From an uncultured Bacillota bacterium (lineage in GTDB: Bacteria > Sysuimicrobiota > Sysuimicrobiia > Sysuimicrobiales > Segetimicrobiaceae): 64,000 bases of DNA. Positions 54,280 through 64,000 of the stretch are shown here, in pieces. The notes below the pieces were generated by a model that was not told where the DNA came from, did no database searches, and saw nothing but the letters and a program-made list of their open reading frames with translations. The stretch spans positions 192,001 through 256,000 of the forward strand of contig CAWDRG010000015.1 of NCBI GenBank assembly GCA_963804645.1. The letters are read 5' to 3'. Each line of letters begins with the position of its first letter. Positions within the stretch are counted from its first letter, which is position 1. A program made the translations under genes and the position numbers.

Positions 54280-54472
54280 TCGGGCGCGATTGTTGACGCG
54301 GCGACTTCGTGGAGGGTGTGCGGAGGCGGCGGGTTGCAGTTCTCGGAGTGTCTAACCGCACCGCGCGTCACGGGATGCAGTCTCCAAGGAGAGACAGCGC
54401 TCGGTATCATGAGGGAAGTCTACGCGATGGAGAGGTCGAGGAGTGCGTGGCAGAGAGGGGGGGATCCGCGAG

Positions 54473-56932
54473 ATGTTTGAACGATTCACGGAACGTGCCC
54501 GCCGTGTGATCATCCTCGCTCAAGAGGAGGCGAAGCGCCTCAACCACAGCGCGGTGGGCACCGAGCACCTCCTCCTCGGGATCATTCGCGAAGGCGAAGG
54601 GGCCGCCAGTAAGGTGCTGGAGTCCTTGAACATCAACCCCGAGCGCGTCCGGGCGGAGATCGAGAGCGCCGTCGGGCGCGGCGAGCGAACGCCGTACGAG
54701 GAAGTCCCGCTCACGCCCCGGGCCAAGAAGGTCCTCGAGCTCGCGCTGGACGAAGCCCGGCGTCTCGGGCACAACTACATCAGCACCGAACACCTCCTCC
54801 TCGGCCTGATCCGCGAGGGCGAGGGCGTCGCCGCGCGCGTGCTTGAAGCGGCGGGCGCCGATCTCGAGCGCGTCCGCTCGCAGGTCGTCTCCCTGCTCGG
54901 GGAAAAGGGCACCGCCTCCTCCCCCAAGCAGGCCGGCAAGACGCCGACCCTGGACGAGTTCGGCCGCGACCTGAGCAAGTTGGCCCGGGAGAACAAGCTG
55001 GACCCGGTGATCGGCCGTGAGCGGGAGATCGAGCGCGTCATCCAGGTCCTGTCCCGCCGCACGAAGAACAACCCGGCCCTGATCGGCGAGCCGGGGGTCG
55101 GGAAGACCGCGATCACCGAGGGCCTGGTCCAGCGGATCGTCCGCGGGGACATCCCCGAGGTCCTCCGGAATAAGCGGGTGGTGCAGCTCGACCTGGCGGC
55201 CCTCGTCGCCGGCACCAAGTACCGCGGCGAGTTCGAAGAGCGCATGAAGAAGGTGATGGCGGAGATCCGGAAGGCGCAGGGCGAGGTCATCCTCTTCGTG
55301 GACGAGCTGCACACGCTCGTCGGCGCCGGCGCGGCGGAGGGCGCGATCGACGCGAGCAATATCCTCAAGCCGTCGCTGTCCCGCGGCGAACTGCAGTGCA
55401 TCGGGGCGACCACGCTGGACGAGTACCGGAAGTACGTCGAGCGCGACGCCGCGCTCGAGCGCCGCTTCGCCCCGATCCTCGTGGCCGAGCCGACGGTGGA
55501 GCAGAGTATCGAGATCCTGCGCGGGCTGCGGGAGCGGTACGAGGCGCACCATGGCGTCAAGATCAGCGACGAGGCGCTCGTCGCCGCGGCGACGCTGGCC
55601 GACAAGTACATCGCGAACCGGTTCCTGCCGGACAAGGCGATCGACCTGATGGACGAGGCGTCGAGCAAGATCCGGCTGCAGGCGCGCTTCCTGCCGCAGG
55701 AGGTGCGCCAGGTGCTCGAAAAGGCCGACCGCGTCCGCCGTGAGAAAGCGGAGGCGATCAGGGGCCAGGACTTCGAGAAGGCGGCCAACCTCCGGGACAA
55801 GGAGGAGGTGCTGCGCCAGAAGCTCGAGGTACTGGAGAGTTCCTGGAAGACGGACAAGGGGCGCGACATCACGACCGTCACGGCCGACGACATCGCCGAC
55901 ATCGTGTCGAGCTGGACCGGCATTCCGGTGATGCGCCTCGTCGAGGAAGAGACCGAGAAGCTCCTCGGGATGGAAGATTCGCTCCACGGGCGGATCGTCG
56001 GGCAGGAGGAGGCCGTCCACGCGGTCGCGCGGGCGGTGCGGCGTGCGCGGGTCGGGCTGAAGGACGCCCGGCGGCCGATCGGCTCCTTCATCTTCCTCGG
56101 ACCGACCGGCGTCGGCAAGACCGATCTCACGCTGGCGCTGGCCGAGTTCCTGTTCGGCGACGAGGACGCGGTCATCCGGATCGACATGTCGGAGTACAGC
56201 GAGCGGCACACCGTGTCGCGGCTCGTCGGCGCGCCTCCGGGATATGTGGGATACGAGGAGGGCGGCCAGCTGACCGAGCAGATCCGGCGGCGGCCGTATT
56301 CCATTGTCCTCCTCGACGAGATCGAGAAGGCGCATCCGGAGATTTTCAGCGTGCTGCTGCAGATGCTGGAGGACGGCCGTCTGACCGACGCTCAGGGGCG
56401 CACGGTCGACTTCAAGCACTGCGTGATCATCATGACCAGCAACGTGGGCGCGCCGCAGATCCAGCGCGACACCGGGTTCGGGTTCCGAGGCCCCGAAAGC
56501 GAGGGGCTGGAGGCCGAGCGCACCTACGATCGGATGAAGACCCACGTGATGGAGGAACTGCGTCGGACGTTCCGACCGGAGTTCCTGAACCGCGTGGACG
56601 AGATCATCGTCTTCCGGCCGCTGATGCGCGAGCAGATCCGGGCGATCGTAGATATCCTCATGGAGCGCGTCAAGCGAGAGATCCGGGGCCAGGGCATGAC
56701 GTTGACGATGACCGATGCCGCGCGTGAACTCCTGTCCACCGAGGGGTACGACCCCCAGTACGGGGCGCGGCCGCTGCGGCGGGCGATCCGGCGCTTGGTA
56801 GAGAATCCGCTCTCGGACGATCTGCTCCGGGGCAAGTTCAGCCAGGGCGACGAGATCATCCTGGACGTTCGGGACGGCCAGGTCGTCTTCGAGAAGCAGC
56901 GCGAGCCCGTCTCCGCCGACAAGGGGTCGTAA
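54473..56932 (+). CDS. clpC: ATP-dependent Clp protease ATPase subunit ClpC
   Basis: [20 protein letters not shown], two N-domain repeats, [11 protein letters not shown] coil, [27 protein letters not shown]. Confidence 0.97.
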   Translation: MFERFTERARRVIILAQEEAKRLNHSAVGTEHLLLGIIREGEGAASKVLESLNINPERVRAEIESAVGRGERTPYEEVPLTPRAKKVLELALDEARRLGHNYISTEHLLLGLIREGEGVAARVLEAAGADLERVRSQVVSLLGEKGTASSPKQAGKTPTLDEFGRDLSKLARENKLDPVIGREREIERVIQVLSRRTKNNPALIGEPGVGKTAITEGLVQRIVRGDIPEVLRNKRVVQLDLAALVAGTKYRGEFEERMKKVMAEIRKAQGEVILFVDELHTLVGAGAAEGAIDASNILKPSLSRGELQCIGATTLDEYRKYVERDAALERRFAPILVAEPTVEQSIEILRGLRERYEAHHGVKISDEALVAAATLADKYIANRFLPDKAIDLMDEASSKIRLQARFLPQEVRQVLEKADRVRREKAEAIRGQDFEKAANLRDKEEVLRQKLEVLESSWKTDKGRDITTVTADDIADIVSSWTGIPVMRLVEEETEKLLGMEDSLHGRIVGQEEAVHAVARAVRRARVGLKDARRPIGSFIFLGPTGVGKTDLTLALAEFLFGDEDAVIRIDMSEYSERHTVSRLVGAPPGYVGYEEGGQLTEQIRRRPYSIVLLDEIEKAHPEIFSVLLQMLEDGRLTDAQGRTVDFKHCVIIMTSNVGAPQIQRDTGFGFRGPESEGLEAERTYDRMKTHVMEELRRTFRPEFLNRVDEIIVFRPLMREQIRAIVDILMERVKREIRGQGMTLTMTDAARELLSTEGYDPQYGARPLRRAIRRLVENPLSDDLLRGKFSQGDEIILDVRDGQVVFEKQREPVSADKGS

Positions 56933-57235
56933 GTAAGCACGTGGGTCCCGAGGAGCACCGCGGCGGCCCGGGGAGGGGCGTAATCGAATAGTTTCTGGAC
57001 TGCTTCCCAGACCAGCGCGAACCGGATGAACTGCCAGAGGTCGTGCATGCGGCTGCCTCCGCGCATTGAAGGTCCGGTGTCGCGTAGCAGACCGGGGTAC
57101 GAGATCGAAGGCCGAGGTCGGGTGCCACGCCCGGGGGGGCGTAGCGGCATGAGCAGGACCGCGAGGCTCGTCATGGCGGCAAGCTAGGACCACAGTCCCT
57201 GTGGAATCGGTTTAGACAGCTATAGGCGGTGTGTT

Positions 57236-57445
57236 ATGCCGGGCGTTCGCGCAAAGGCAGGGTTACCGTGGCCGGTTAACGGTACCTACGTCTGCGACAA
57301 GTGCCACACGAAACTGATTGGCAGGGCCGGCATGATCGCGACGCGTTGCGCGGTTCTCCATAGCGACCATGGTCGGCCGTGCAACTGTGCCTATTTTGTT
57401 CTCGCCGAAGACCCTCGTCCCGTTGAAGGTTCGACCGGCTCATAG
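57236..57445 (+). CDS. Putative small zinc-ribbon protein
   Basis: GTYVCDKC...RC.........CNC; weak RBS. Confidence 0.4.
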   Translation: MPGVRAKAGLPWPVNGTYVCDKCHTKLIGRAGMIATRCAVLHSDHGRPCNCAYFVLAEDPRPVEGSTGS

Positions 57446-57773
57446 TCTCATGACGAGTCAGGATCCGTCCTTCTATCGCGTCCAGCTGGGCAGGCAGTCC
57501 GTCGTGGGCGCAGCAGAATTGAGGAGCACGGGTACGCCCGCAATATGCTGGCGCGCTGTTCAAGGTTATTGGGCGGAGTTTCTAACTCGGACGGACCGCG
57601 GGGCAGGAGCCCCGGGCTCGAAAGGGACGCCGGATGACGATTCGCCGTGGCCGCGTCGAAACCGGATGGAGTTTTCCAACGCAAGGTGCTCATGAGTGTA
57701 TACTGAAGGCGAGGCGAAAAGCCAAAACGGAAATTTCGGTTGACGGGACGCACTCCGGGCGGAGGCGAGAGGC

Positions 57774-58418
57774 GTGGTAGTAGCGTACAGGCCACCGACA
57801 GGACCCACATATCAGGAGATGGAGGATGTACAGCTCGTCGATTGCGCGAAGAGTGGAGATGAATTCGCTACCGAGTTCCTGATCAATAAGTACCGCAACC
57901 TCATCAGGTTCAAAGCGAAAGGGTACTTCCTCATCGGGGCCGATCGCGAAGATATCATTCAGGAAGGTATGATCGGCCTGTATAAGGCGATCCGGGACTT
58001 CCGCAGAGAGAAGCTTTCCTCGTTCCGGGCGTTCGCCGATCTATGCATCACCCGCCAGATCATCACCGCGATCAAGACCGCCACCAGGCAGAAGCACATT
58101 CCGCTCAACTCGTACATCTCGCTCAACAAGCCGATCTACGATGATGACTCCGACCGCACACTCCTCGATGTGATCAGCAGCATCAAGGTGTCCGACCCTG
58201 AGGAGTTGGTGATCAATCAGGAAACCTCCCAGACGATGCGGGAGCGTATCCGCAAAAACTTGAGCGACCTGGAGTGCGGGGTCCTCACCGGCTACCTGGA
58301 AGGGAAGTCGTACCAGGAGATGGCGACCGAGCTGCACCGGCACGCGAAATCGATCGACAACGCCCTGCAGCGGGTGAAGCGGAAGCTGGAGCGGAACCTG
58401 GAGGGCGAGGAGGAGTAG
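57774..58418 (+). CDS. sigH: RNA polymerase sigma factor SigH (Spo0H-like)
   Basis: YFLIGADREDIIQEGMIGLYKAIRDF, RQIITAIKTATRQKHIPLNSYISL, KSIDNALQRVKRKLE. Confidence 0.95.
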   Translation: MVVAYRPPTGPTYQEMEDVQLVDCAKSGDEFATEFLINKYRNLIRFKAKGYFLIGADREDIIQEGMIGLYKAIRDFRREKLSSFRAFADLCITRQIITAIKTATRQKHIPLNSYISLNKPIYDDDSDRTLLDVISSIKVSDPEELVINQETSQTMRERIRKNLSDLECGVLTGYLEGKSYQEMATELHRHAKSIDNALQRVKRKLERNLEGEEE

Positions 58419-59556
58419 CCGAGCTCGCGGCGTTCTCACAGCTGAGATAAACTGTGGCCGGCCACCCATCGGGTGGCCGGCCACGATGCTTCTGCTCCGT
58501 CTGGACGGCGCCGGACGCTCCCGGGGCTAGAGGATGATAACCGGGCCGACGCGGGTCCCGACCGGGCCGCCGCAGAGACCGTCCTTCAGCGCGTTACGCC
58601 CTCCCCCCGACGAGGTGGCCGATCGTTCGACGAACGCCGCCTCCGACAGCGCGCCGGCCCGTGCGAGCGCCCGAAGGCTTTCCGGCTCCTCGATGTCCTT
58701 GCTGTGAGCCTGACCATGTACGCCAGCAGCGTCAGGTACGCGTCCGACGCCACGTCGACGTACCAGATGCAGATTCGGTCGGTGGCCTCGTCAATCAGGT
58801 CGCGAAACTGGATCGGCACCAGACCGGCCTGCACGTTCACAATCGCGTCGGTGCCGCCGCCCCGGGAGGAACCGGGTCGCCCAGGTGGTCCGGCTCGTAC
58901 CGATAGGCGTGGGTGCCCTGACATCAGCAGGTTTGAAGAACACCCCCTAATTATCTACACAATCCCCCCGCAGGCGAGGACGTCGCTAATCTGTTTACGC
59001 ACACTCCGTGATCAACTTGCGTCCATCAGACCTGCAGGTTGAAGTCGTCTGGGCCGCCCTTAAGGACAGCGTAGGCGAATCCCTGAGCAAGCGCGCGGAT
59101 CGTATGGCAGGCGCCGACGGGCACACGGATGACAGTGGCGCACGGACTCGCTGTAACCTTTTTGGGTGCGTCGCGTCGGCCGTGCCGTGCGACGACTTCG
59201 ACCTCTGCGCCGTAAACGACGGTGTACTCATTCGCTTGGCGATGCCAATGCACCGGACAACCTTCGAAAGGTTGGGGCCTATGATGCTGTCGGTATGCCA
59301 AAGATATGGCACATATCTGAGAACGCTGCGCCTGTCAAGCCTCCCTTTCAACAGTCGGATACCATTGTCTGCGCCTGCCGGCATATTTAGGCATGCTTCC
59401 CCCGCGACGAGGCGGTCAAGGATCGCGAAGCGAGCCGAAGGCTTTGTCCTTGACGGCCGTGGGAGCGGGGGATAGGGATCCCCTGGGCCGGCAGGCGCCG
59501 GGTCCCACACACTCTCGCGAGCTCGTGATCTTCGTTTCTATACTCTGCAGCTCACC

Positions 59557-60878
59557 TCACTCATCCGGTATCGTGCTCCTTGGACTCTCCAGTTACCGCG
59601 TCCATTTGCCTCGGTCCCGATCGCGTCGGTGAGCCATATCTTCGCCCTGACGAGCTGCATGAGGGTATCCCGAAGGCGTGTCGCAATCACTCAAACGAGC
59701 CTCAAGGGCTCATGTGCCAACCGCGCTTACGCCTTCGTGGACGCGTCGGTCTTGCGTTTGGGCTCCTGGTAAGGTTCCTCCTTGGTCAGCATCCAGTACG
59801 TCGCCTCCGCCAGATGCCGTGCGACGGCGCCGATGGCTCTGGCATGATCTTTGCGGTGGTGCACTCGCGCATAGAGGCCACTGACGTGGCGGTGTTTCCA
59901 TTGCGCTCGCTCTCGATGCCGGCAGCACACCTCGGCCGCTTCCGCGAACACCCATTTCAGGTAGTGGTTCACGTCGGACCGCGTCCGTCCAAACCGGGTC
60001 TTGCCCCCACTGGAGTGAACGCGCGGGGTCGTACCGGCGTACGCGGCGAGGTGCTCCGCGTCAGGAAAGCGGTGGACGTCCCCCACCTCCAGCAAGATCA
60101 CCATCCCGAGAATGAAGCCGACGCCGGGCAGGCTGCGCAACCGTTCAAGTGCCGGCGTCGTTGTGAAGACGTCTCGCATGCGGTTCTCGAGGTCCGCGAC
60201 TTGCTCATCCAACCGGTCAAGGTGCTCCAGCAACTGGTGCGTTGCGAAGCGGGTGTGCGGCGGAAGGTGGCCGATCGTGTCGGCCAGCAGCACGCGACCC
60301 TGCTTGCCAAACACGTCACTCACACCTGTGACCGCCAGTCCGTACTTGGCCAACGTAGCGTGGATCCGATTCTTCAGTCGGGTCTTCGTGCTCACCAACA
60401 CCATGCGCGTCCGCGGCAAGTCCCGCTGATCGCGGACCTCCGCGGGCGGGATCCAGACCGTCGGGAGCGTTCCGGTCCGTTGCAACCGGTTCAACCCTCG
60501 CACGTCCAGCTTGTCGGTCTTGTTGATCATGCCCGACATGAGCTTGGCCTTACGGGCGTGCACCAAGCGCGGGACCATACCCGCTTCTTCGATCTCGTCG
60601 ACCAACCAGTACCAGTTGCCCACCGTCTCCACGGCAACGGGGGAACCGGGCGTCCACTGTTCCAAGAAGTCCCGGATGGCTCCGCGATGGTGTGCGAGCC
60701 GCGTCTCTCGCAACACCTCCCCGGTTGGACGCTCCACCGATGCGACGGTATAATGCTTGTGAGCATCGAACGCGATGTACTCCATTTGCTGCGCCTCCTC
60801 TCGTACCCGGGATTGGCTGTCTCGGTACGAGGGTACCACCGTACCCCCGGAGGCGCAGCGTTCTCATACCATCACTCA
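59557..60878 (-). mobile_element. IS110 family element
   Basis: Transposase flanked by non-coding ends; TGAGTGA (minus strand) repeated at 60872-60878 and 59557-59563 marks probable junctions. Confidence 0.75.
59727..60785 (-). CDS. IS110 DEDD transposase/recombinase
   Basis: [46 protein letters not shown]. Confidence 0.95.
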   Translation of the reverse strand: MEYIAFDAHKHYTVASVERPTGEVLRETRLAHHRGAIRDFLEQWTPGSPVAVETVGNWYWLVDEIEEAGMVPRLVHARKAKLMSGMINKTDKLDVRGLNRLQRTGTLPTVWIPPAEVRDQRDLPRTRMVLVSTKTRLKNRIHATLAKYGLAVTGVSDVFGKQGRVLLADTIGHLPPHTRFATHQLLEHLDRLDEQVADLENRMRDVFTTTPALERLRSLPGVGFILGMVILLEVGDVHRFPDAEHLAAYAGTTPRVHSSGGKTRFGRTRSDVNHYLKWVFAEAAEVCCRHRERAQWKHRHVSGLYARVHHRKDHARAIGAVARHLAEATYWMLTKEEPYQEPKRKTDASTKA

Positions 60879-61256
60879 ATACCCGTTTGGGGCCATTTGT
60901 CCACTAAATCAACAGCTGCTGTCAACCCCACTGGGCCGTGCGAAAACTGACCAAAGAATTGACCCCCAGCTTCCACGGACCGCGGTGAGCCAGCCCGCCA
61001 ACGTGTTCGTCTGTTCTTAATGGCGGGGTGCCGCGGCAGGGCGCGAACATAACAAGTAGCGCGCAGTCTGATCATTAATTGCCCGCATCACCACCGTCCG
61101 TGGCTTTGGGCGGGCCGGCGCTGTCCGATAGACGGCGATCGCGTGTATAACTGATGTCAGTCGAGCACGGACGGCGGCATCCCGGCGGGGCGGTGGTGGC
61201 GAGGTTCGGTCCGGTGCGATGCGACGCTCTGCAGCAGTCGGGGTTGGGAGGCAATC

Positions 61257-62678
61257 ATGGCGAACGAGTATGACCTCATAGTGATCGGTAGCGGTCCGGC
61301 CGGCCAGCGGGCCGGGATCGCGGCGGCCAAGCTCGGCCGGCGGACCGCGATCGTCGAGCGCAACATGGACGTGGGGGGCGGTTGCCTTCACCACGGTACG
61401 ATTCCGAGCAAGACCCTCCGGGAGGCGGTCGCCTACCTGTCCGGGGTCCAGCAACGCCAGATATACGGGCACGCGTTCCGGGTAAAGGAGCGCATCGGGA
61501 TGCAGGACCTCACCGTGCGGACGCAGCACGTGATCGCCGCGGAGACCAATATCGTTCGCGATCAGCTCATCCGGAACGGCGTCGACATTTTCGCCGGCAC
61601 CGGTTCGTTTGCGGATCCTCATCACGTCGTCGTCTCGACCGAGAATGGATCACGCACGGTGACGGCCGACAAAGCCGTCATCGCGGTGGGCAGCCGGCCG
61701 TTGCGTCCCGAGGCGTTTGAGTTCGACGACCGCACGGTCATTGACAGCGACAGCCTGCTCACCCTGTCCGAGATTCCCCGCACGATGGCGGTCGTGGGCG
61801 CCGGGATCTCCGGGACGGAATACGCGACAATCTTCCAGACCGCGGGGGTCCAGGTGACGCTCATCGACGCCCGCGAGCGTCCGATGGAGGCCCTGGACGA
61901 CGAGATCGAGGACGCGCTCTACTACCATATGCGCGACACGGGCATCGCGCTGCGGTTCGGCGAGACCGTCTCCACCGTGCGCCGGACCCCAGAGGGCCGC
62001 GTGCACGTCGGGTTGGCGAGCGGGAAGGCGCTGCTCACGGACGCGCTGATGGTGGCCGCGGGCCGCACTGGGGCGTCGGCGGACCTCAAGCTGGATGCGG
62101 TGGGCATCGAGATGGACCAGAAAGGCCGCATCAAGGTGGATGACACGTACCGCACGAGCGTCCCGAACATTTATGCCGTCGGCGACATTATCGGGGGCTT
62201 CAGCCTGGCGTCGACGTCCATGGAGCAGGGGCGCCTCGCCGCGCTGCACGCGTGCGGCGTCGAGGCGCTCCCGATGTCCACGCGGTTGGCGTATGGCATT
62301 TACACGATCCCGGAAGTGGCGATGGTGGGCCCGACGGAGCAGCAGCTGACGCGCCTCGCGGTGCCGTACGAGGTCGGCGTGGTGCCATTTCGCGAGCTGT
62401 CGCGCGTGCAGATCAGCGGCGGCCGGGACGGCCTCCTGAAAGTGCTGTTCCACCGTGAGACGCTGAAGCTGCTGGCGGTGCACATCCTCGGGCAGAGTGC
62501 CACCGAATTGATCCACATCGGGCAGGCCGTCATCGACCACGGCGGCACGGTCAACTATTTGCGGGACGTGGTGTTCAACTACCCCACGCTCGCCGAGGGG
62601 TACAAGGCCGCGGCCCTGAACGGACTCAACAAGCTCGTGCCGAGCACCCCTGCGGATATAGCCGTGGGCGAGAGCTGA
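61257..62678 (+). CDS. sthA: Soluble pyridine nucleotide transhydrogenase
   Basis: GSGPAG, GGGCLHHGTIPSKTLREA (single Cys), LASTSMEQGR, ATELIHIGQAV, FNYPTLAEGYKAAALNG. Confidence 0.9.
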   Translation: MANEYDLIVIGSGPAGQRAGIAAAKLGRRTAIVERNMDVGGGCLHHGTIPSKTLREAVAYLSGVQQRQIYGHAFRVKERIGMQDLTVRTQHVIAAETNIVRDQLIRNGVDIFAGTGSFADPHHVVVSTENGSRTVTADKAVIAVGSRPLRPEAFEFDDRTVIDSDSLLTLSEIPRTMAVVGAGISGTEYATIFQTAGVQVTLIDARERPMEALDDEIEDALYYHMRDTGIALRFGETVSTVRRTPEGRVHVGLASGKALLTDALMVAAGRTGASADLKLDAVGIEMDQKGRIKVDDTYRTSVPNIYAVGDIIGGFSLASTSMEQGRLAALHACGVEALPMSTRLAYGIYTIPEVAMVGPTEQQLTRLAVPYEVGVVPFRELSRVQISGGRDGLLKVLFHRETLKLLAVHILGQSATELIHIGQAVIDHGGTVNYLRDVVFNYPTLAEGYKAAALNGLNKLVPSTPADIAVGES

Positions 62679-63209
62679 CCGTCCCTTCAGGACTTCGAGC
62701 GGCCGTCCCGGCGGCAACCGCCAGCGGCGCGGCGCGTTGACGTCGACGTATTCCGTGGGGGAAAGCGCAACTTCCCGCTACCCCGTGATCGCAAATTGCC
62801 CAGAATATCAACCGACGGTTGGCGGCGTCCGCACTCGTACTGGTCAGTCACGAGTTCAAATCCGGGCGCCGGCTCTACTGTTAAAGGCGTTTCCACGATC
62901 CGGGGCCTCTCGCAAACGTCCCGTTGGGACACGGGTCCCTCCGTGCCGCTGCGACCAATTTGCAGACTGTCTTCTTTGCCGAAGCATCGGTTCCGCTGAA
63001 TCGGGCGCAACTCCCCTGGGAGGATGAAGGTGAGCCCGGGCAGTCTCAAGGCGAGTTCGCACAATATTGATGCGCACGATGCCGTGCCCGCTCTTGCCAG
63101 CGGGCTCGCAAAAATACAACGTGCGCCCGATTGCGGCACCGGCGATAACTAGTCTATTTTGTGCAGTATAAACGTCCTAGGGTTAGCTATCCCCAAAGGA
63201 GCAGCCGCC

Positions 63210-63926
63210 ATGTCTCAAGGCGGTCATACCGGTCGACCAGCGGGACCCGACGGCTCCGACGAGCCGGGTGAGCGTGGGTCCGTTGGGGTGCAGCAGGCAC
63301 TGCGGCTGTTTGGCAACACGACCGACGGGGTGATGGCCGTGGACCGGGACGGTCGCGTCGTCCTGTGGACCCATGCAGCGGAGCGCCTCCTAGGGTACGT
63401 GGCGTCGGAGGTGGTGGGCCGGCGCTGTTACGAGATCCTGCGGGGAAGCGACGAGCACGGAAACGTGCTCTGTCATCTGCACTGTCACGTTCTTACGATG
63501 GCCAAGCGGCGCCGACCGGCGCACGCCCACGACGTTTGGACCCGCCGCAAGGATGGGGCGGAGCGCTGGCTGAATGTCAGCACGGTGCTGGTGCCCGACG
63601 GCGAAGGGACCATCGTGGTGCACCTCATGCGGGACGTCACCGGCAGCCGAACGCCTCAGCGCGCGGTCGAGATCTTGTTGCGCCGGTTCCAAGCGGGCGC
63701 CGCGCCTCCGCTGCGGACGAACGGAGATCTCCCGGCAGCCCTGACGGCGCGAGAGCGCGAGATTCTGGCATTCTTGGCGTCGGGCGAGAGCACCCGCATC
63801 ATCGCCCGGCGACTGTTCATCAGTACCGCAACGGTGCGTAACCACACGCAGAGCATCCTGGTGAAGCTCGGGGTGCACAGCCGCCTCGCGGCCGTGGCGC
63901 TAGCGTTGCGATCCGGGTCGGGGTAG
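63210..63926 (+). CDS. PAS-domain LuxR family regulator
   Basis: PAS DGVMAVD..GRVVLW...AERLLGY; HTH LTAREREIL...LFISTATVRNH; RBS aaggag. Confidence 0.9.
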   Translation: MSQGGHTGRPAGPDGSDEPGERGSVGVQQALRLFGNTTDGVMAVDRDGRVVLWTHAAERLLGYVASEVVGRRCYEILRGSDEHGNVLCHLHCHVLTMAKRRRPAHAHDVWTRRKDGAERWLNVSTVLVPDGEGTIVVHLMRDVTGSRTPQRAVEILLRRFQAGAAPPLRTNGDLPAALTAREREILAFLASGESTRIIARRLFISTATVRNHTQSILVKLGVHSRLAAVALALRSGSG

Positions 63927-64000
63927 TCGTTCCGCCCGTGTCGCCTCGTGAGTGTCCGGTTCCCGGCAGAGTGGGACGCCGGTGTTGTACGGCGACGTGT

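Noticed and set aside
54407..57193. 928 aa ORF antisense to clpC
   Set aside because: Shadow frame caused by high-GC codon bias; no recognisable motifs.
58586..58924. Possible ScpA-like fragment
   Set aside because: Resemblance too weak to support without a search.

Overview
GC-rich bacterial accessory region. An OprB-type porin together with Firmicute-like ClpC and SigH suggests a diderm Terrabacteria-type host (inference). Layout: (i) 1-992, 3' part of a group II intron with RT; (ii) 1.2-28.7 kb, metabolic cargo (MalT/LuxR regulator, BdhA, ThrE pair, GH63 and GH13 glycosidases, ferredoxin-reductase-P450, ADH, CoA-disulfide reductase-rhodanese, porin, glucose dehydrogenase, MscS, DUF2252); (iii) 28.9-52.9 kb, five tRNA-fMet 3'-end fragments delimiting integrase-less cassettes (TA pairs, GNAT, an sNOR-like heme-copper cluster); (iv) within that, 38.0-51.9 kb, two triple-nested transposon stacks (IS256>IS21>IS1380 and IS1634>IS3>serine-recombinase element) plus an ORF-less group II intron, all converging on a ~50 bp IS481-like end; (v) 53-64 kb, orphan clpC and sigH, IS110, sthA and a PAS-LuxR regulator. 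Top leads: a gene split across the recombinase element's att site that becomes whole only on the excised circle; the tRNA-fragment cassette array; a DUF6788-like protein/promoter module in three unrelated mobile elements; the ORF-less intron; the sNOR-type oxidase. Family names come from motif recognition by eye, not database searches. Many single-base frameshifts may be assembly errors.
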